Source: Paraspadella gotoi | Lineage: Eukaryota > Animalia > Chaetognatha | DNA length: 63,644 bases | Assembly: GCA_051294375.1 (NCBI GenBank) | Contig: CM119263.1 | Span: forward strand, 8,319,992-8,383,635 | Direction of reading: 5' to 3' | Shown: positions 63,146-63,644 of the stretch, in pieces | Layout: each line of letters opens with the position of its first letter | Position numbering within the stretch: the stretch's first letter is position 1 | The notes under the pieces: model-generated | The model's database searches: none | Told to the model about the DNA's origin: nothing | The model's input: the letters and a program-made list of their open reading frames with translations, nothing else | Made by a program: the position numbers and the translations under genes

Positions 63146-63644
63146 TGCTTGTTGACCCAAAGTCGGAAGAAAAAGGTCGTCCATTTCCGGTAAAAAACTT
63201 TCGCCATTTTGACTCGAAACTGGAAAAGGTGACGAACGAAGGGAGATCGTGGATTGTGAATCGTGAGAAGAGAGAAAAGTGAGAGGCTGTGAATCTGAAC
63301 GAAAAGGGAATTACGATAACGACGACGACGATGACGACGATGACAACTATAAGTAATGACGGCGATGATGAGATGAATAAACATTAAACAATGATAATGA
63401 AACGATGACGACAAGGATACAGTTGATGACGTGCGACAATGCGGACATCGATGACAACAAGAAAGACGATGACAGCGACGAAATAAACGACAACGCTGAC
63501 AACGACGACGACGACGACGACGATCTCGGCTTCAACCATTTATCGCGCAGAAATTTTAAATTTAAAACGAATCGAAAAATACGAAGGTAATTTTAACTTT
63601 CTTTTCCGTAACATTCTCTCTAGTTCTCTCTCTCTCTCTCTCTC

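Overview
Gap-rich eukaryotic scaffold, probably an invertebrate animal (inference), dominated by (GA/TC)n, (GAC/GTC)n and (GGC)n microsatellites. Almost all ORFs in the track are simple-repeat or N-gap artefacts, and I recognise no host gene, rRNA, tRNA or CRISPR array. Supported content: (1) a heavily frameshifted BEL/Pao LTR-retrotransposon pol region with a probable 3' LTR (37213-42733, +); (2) several near-identical duplications differing mainly by indels (31326-33541 inverted at 34812-37187; 34504-34811 repeated at 42742-43082; 13262-13825 inverted at 44563-45147), most likely long-read gap-fill or chimera artefacts; (3) weak RTE-like LINE and DINE-1/HINE-like remnants. The most interesting part is a ~9 kb microsatellite-free island (4342-13260) with no recognisable transposase, RT or integrase. 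It contains a frameshifted Arg-rich ORF, many short-intron splice signals, a five-copy hairpin array with covarying stems, and a discrete 3.65 kb unit (8619-12272). That unit's ends, if joined, form a tyrosine-recombinase-like site (inverted arms around a 7-bp spacer), and it carries a small spliced ORF followed by two covarying hairpins. All alignments and folds were done by eye.
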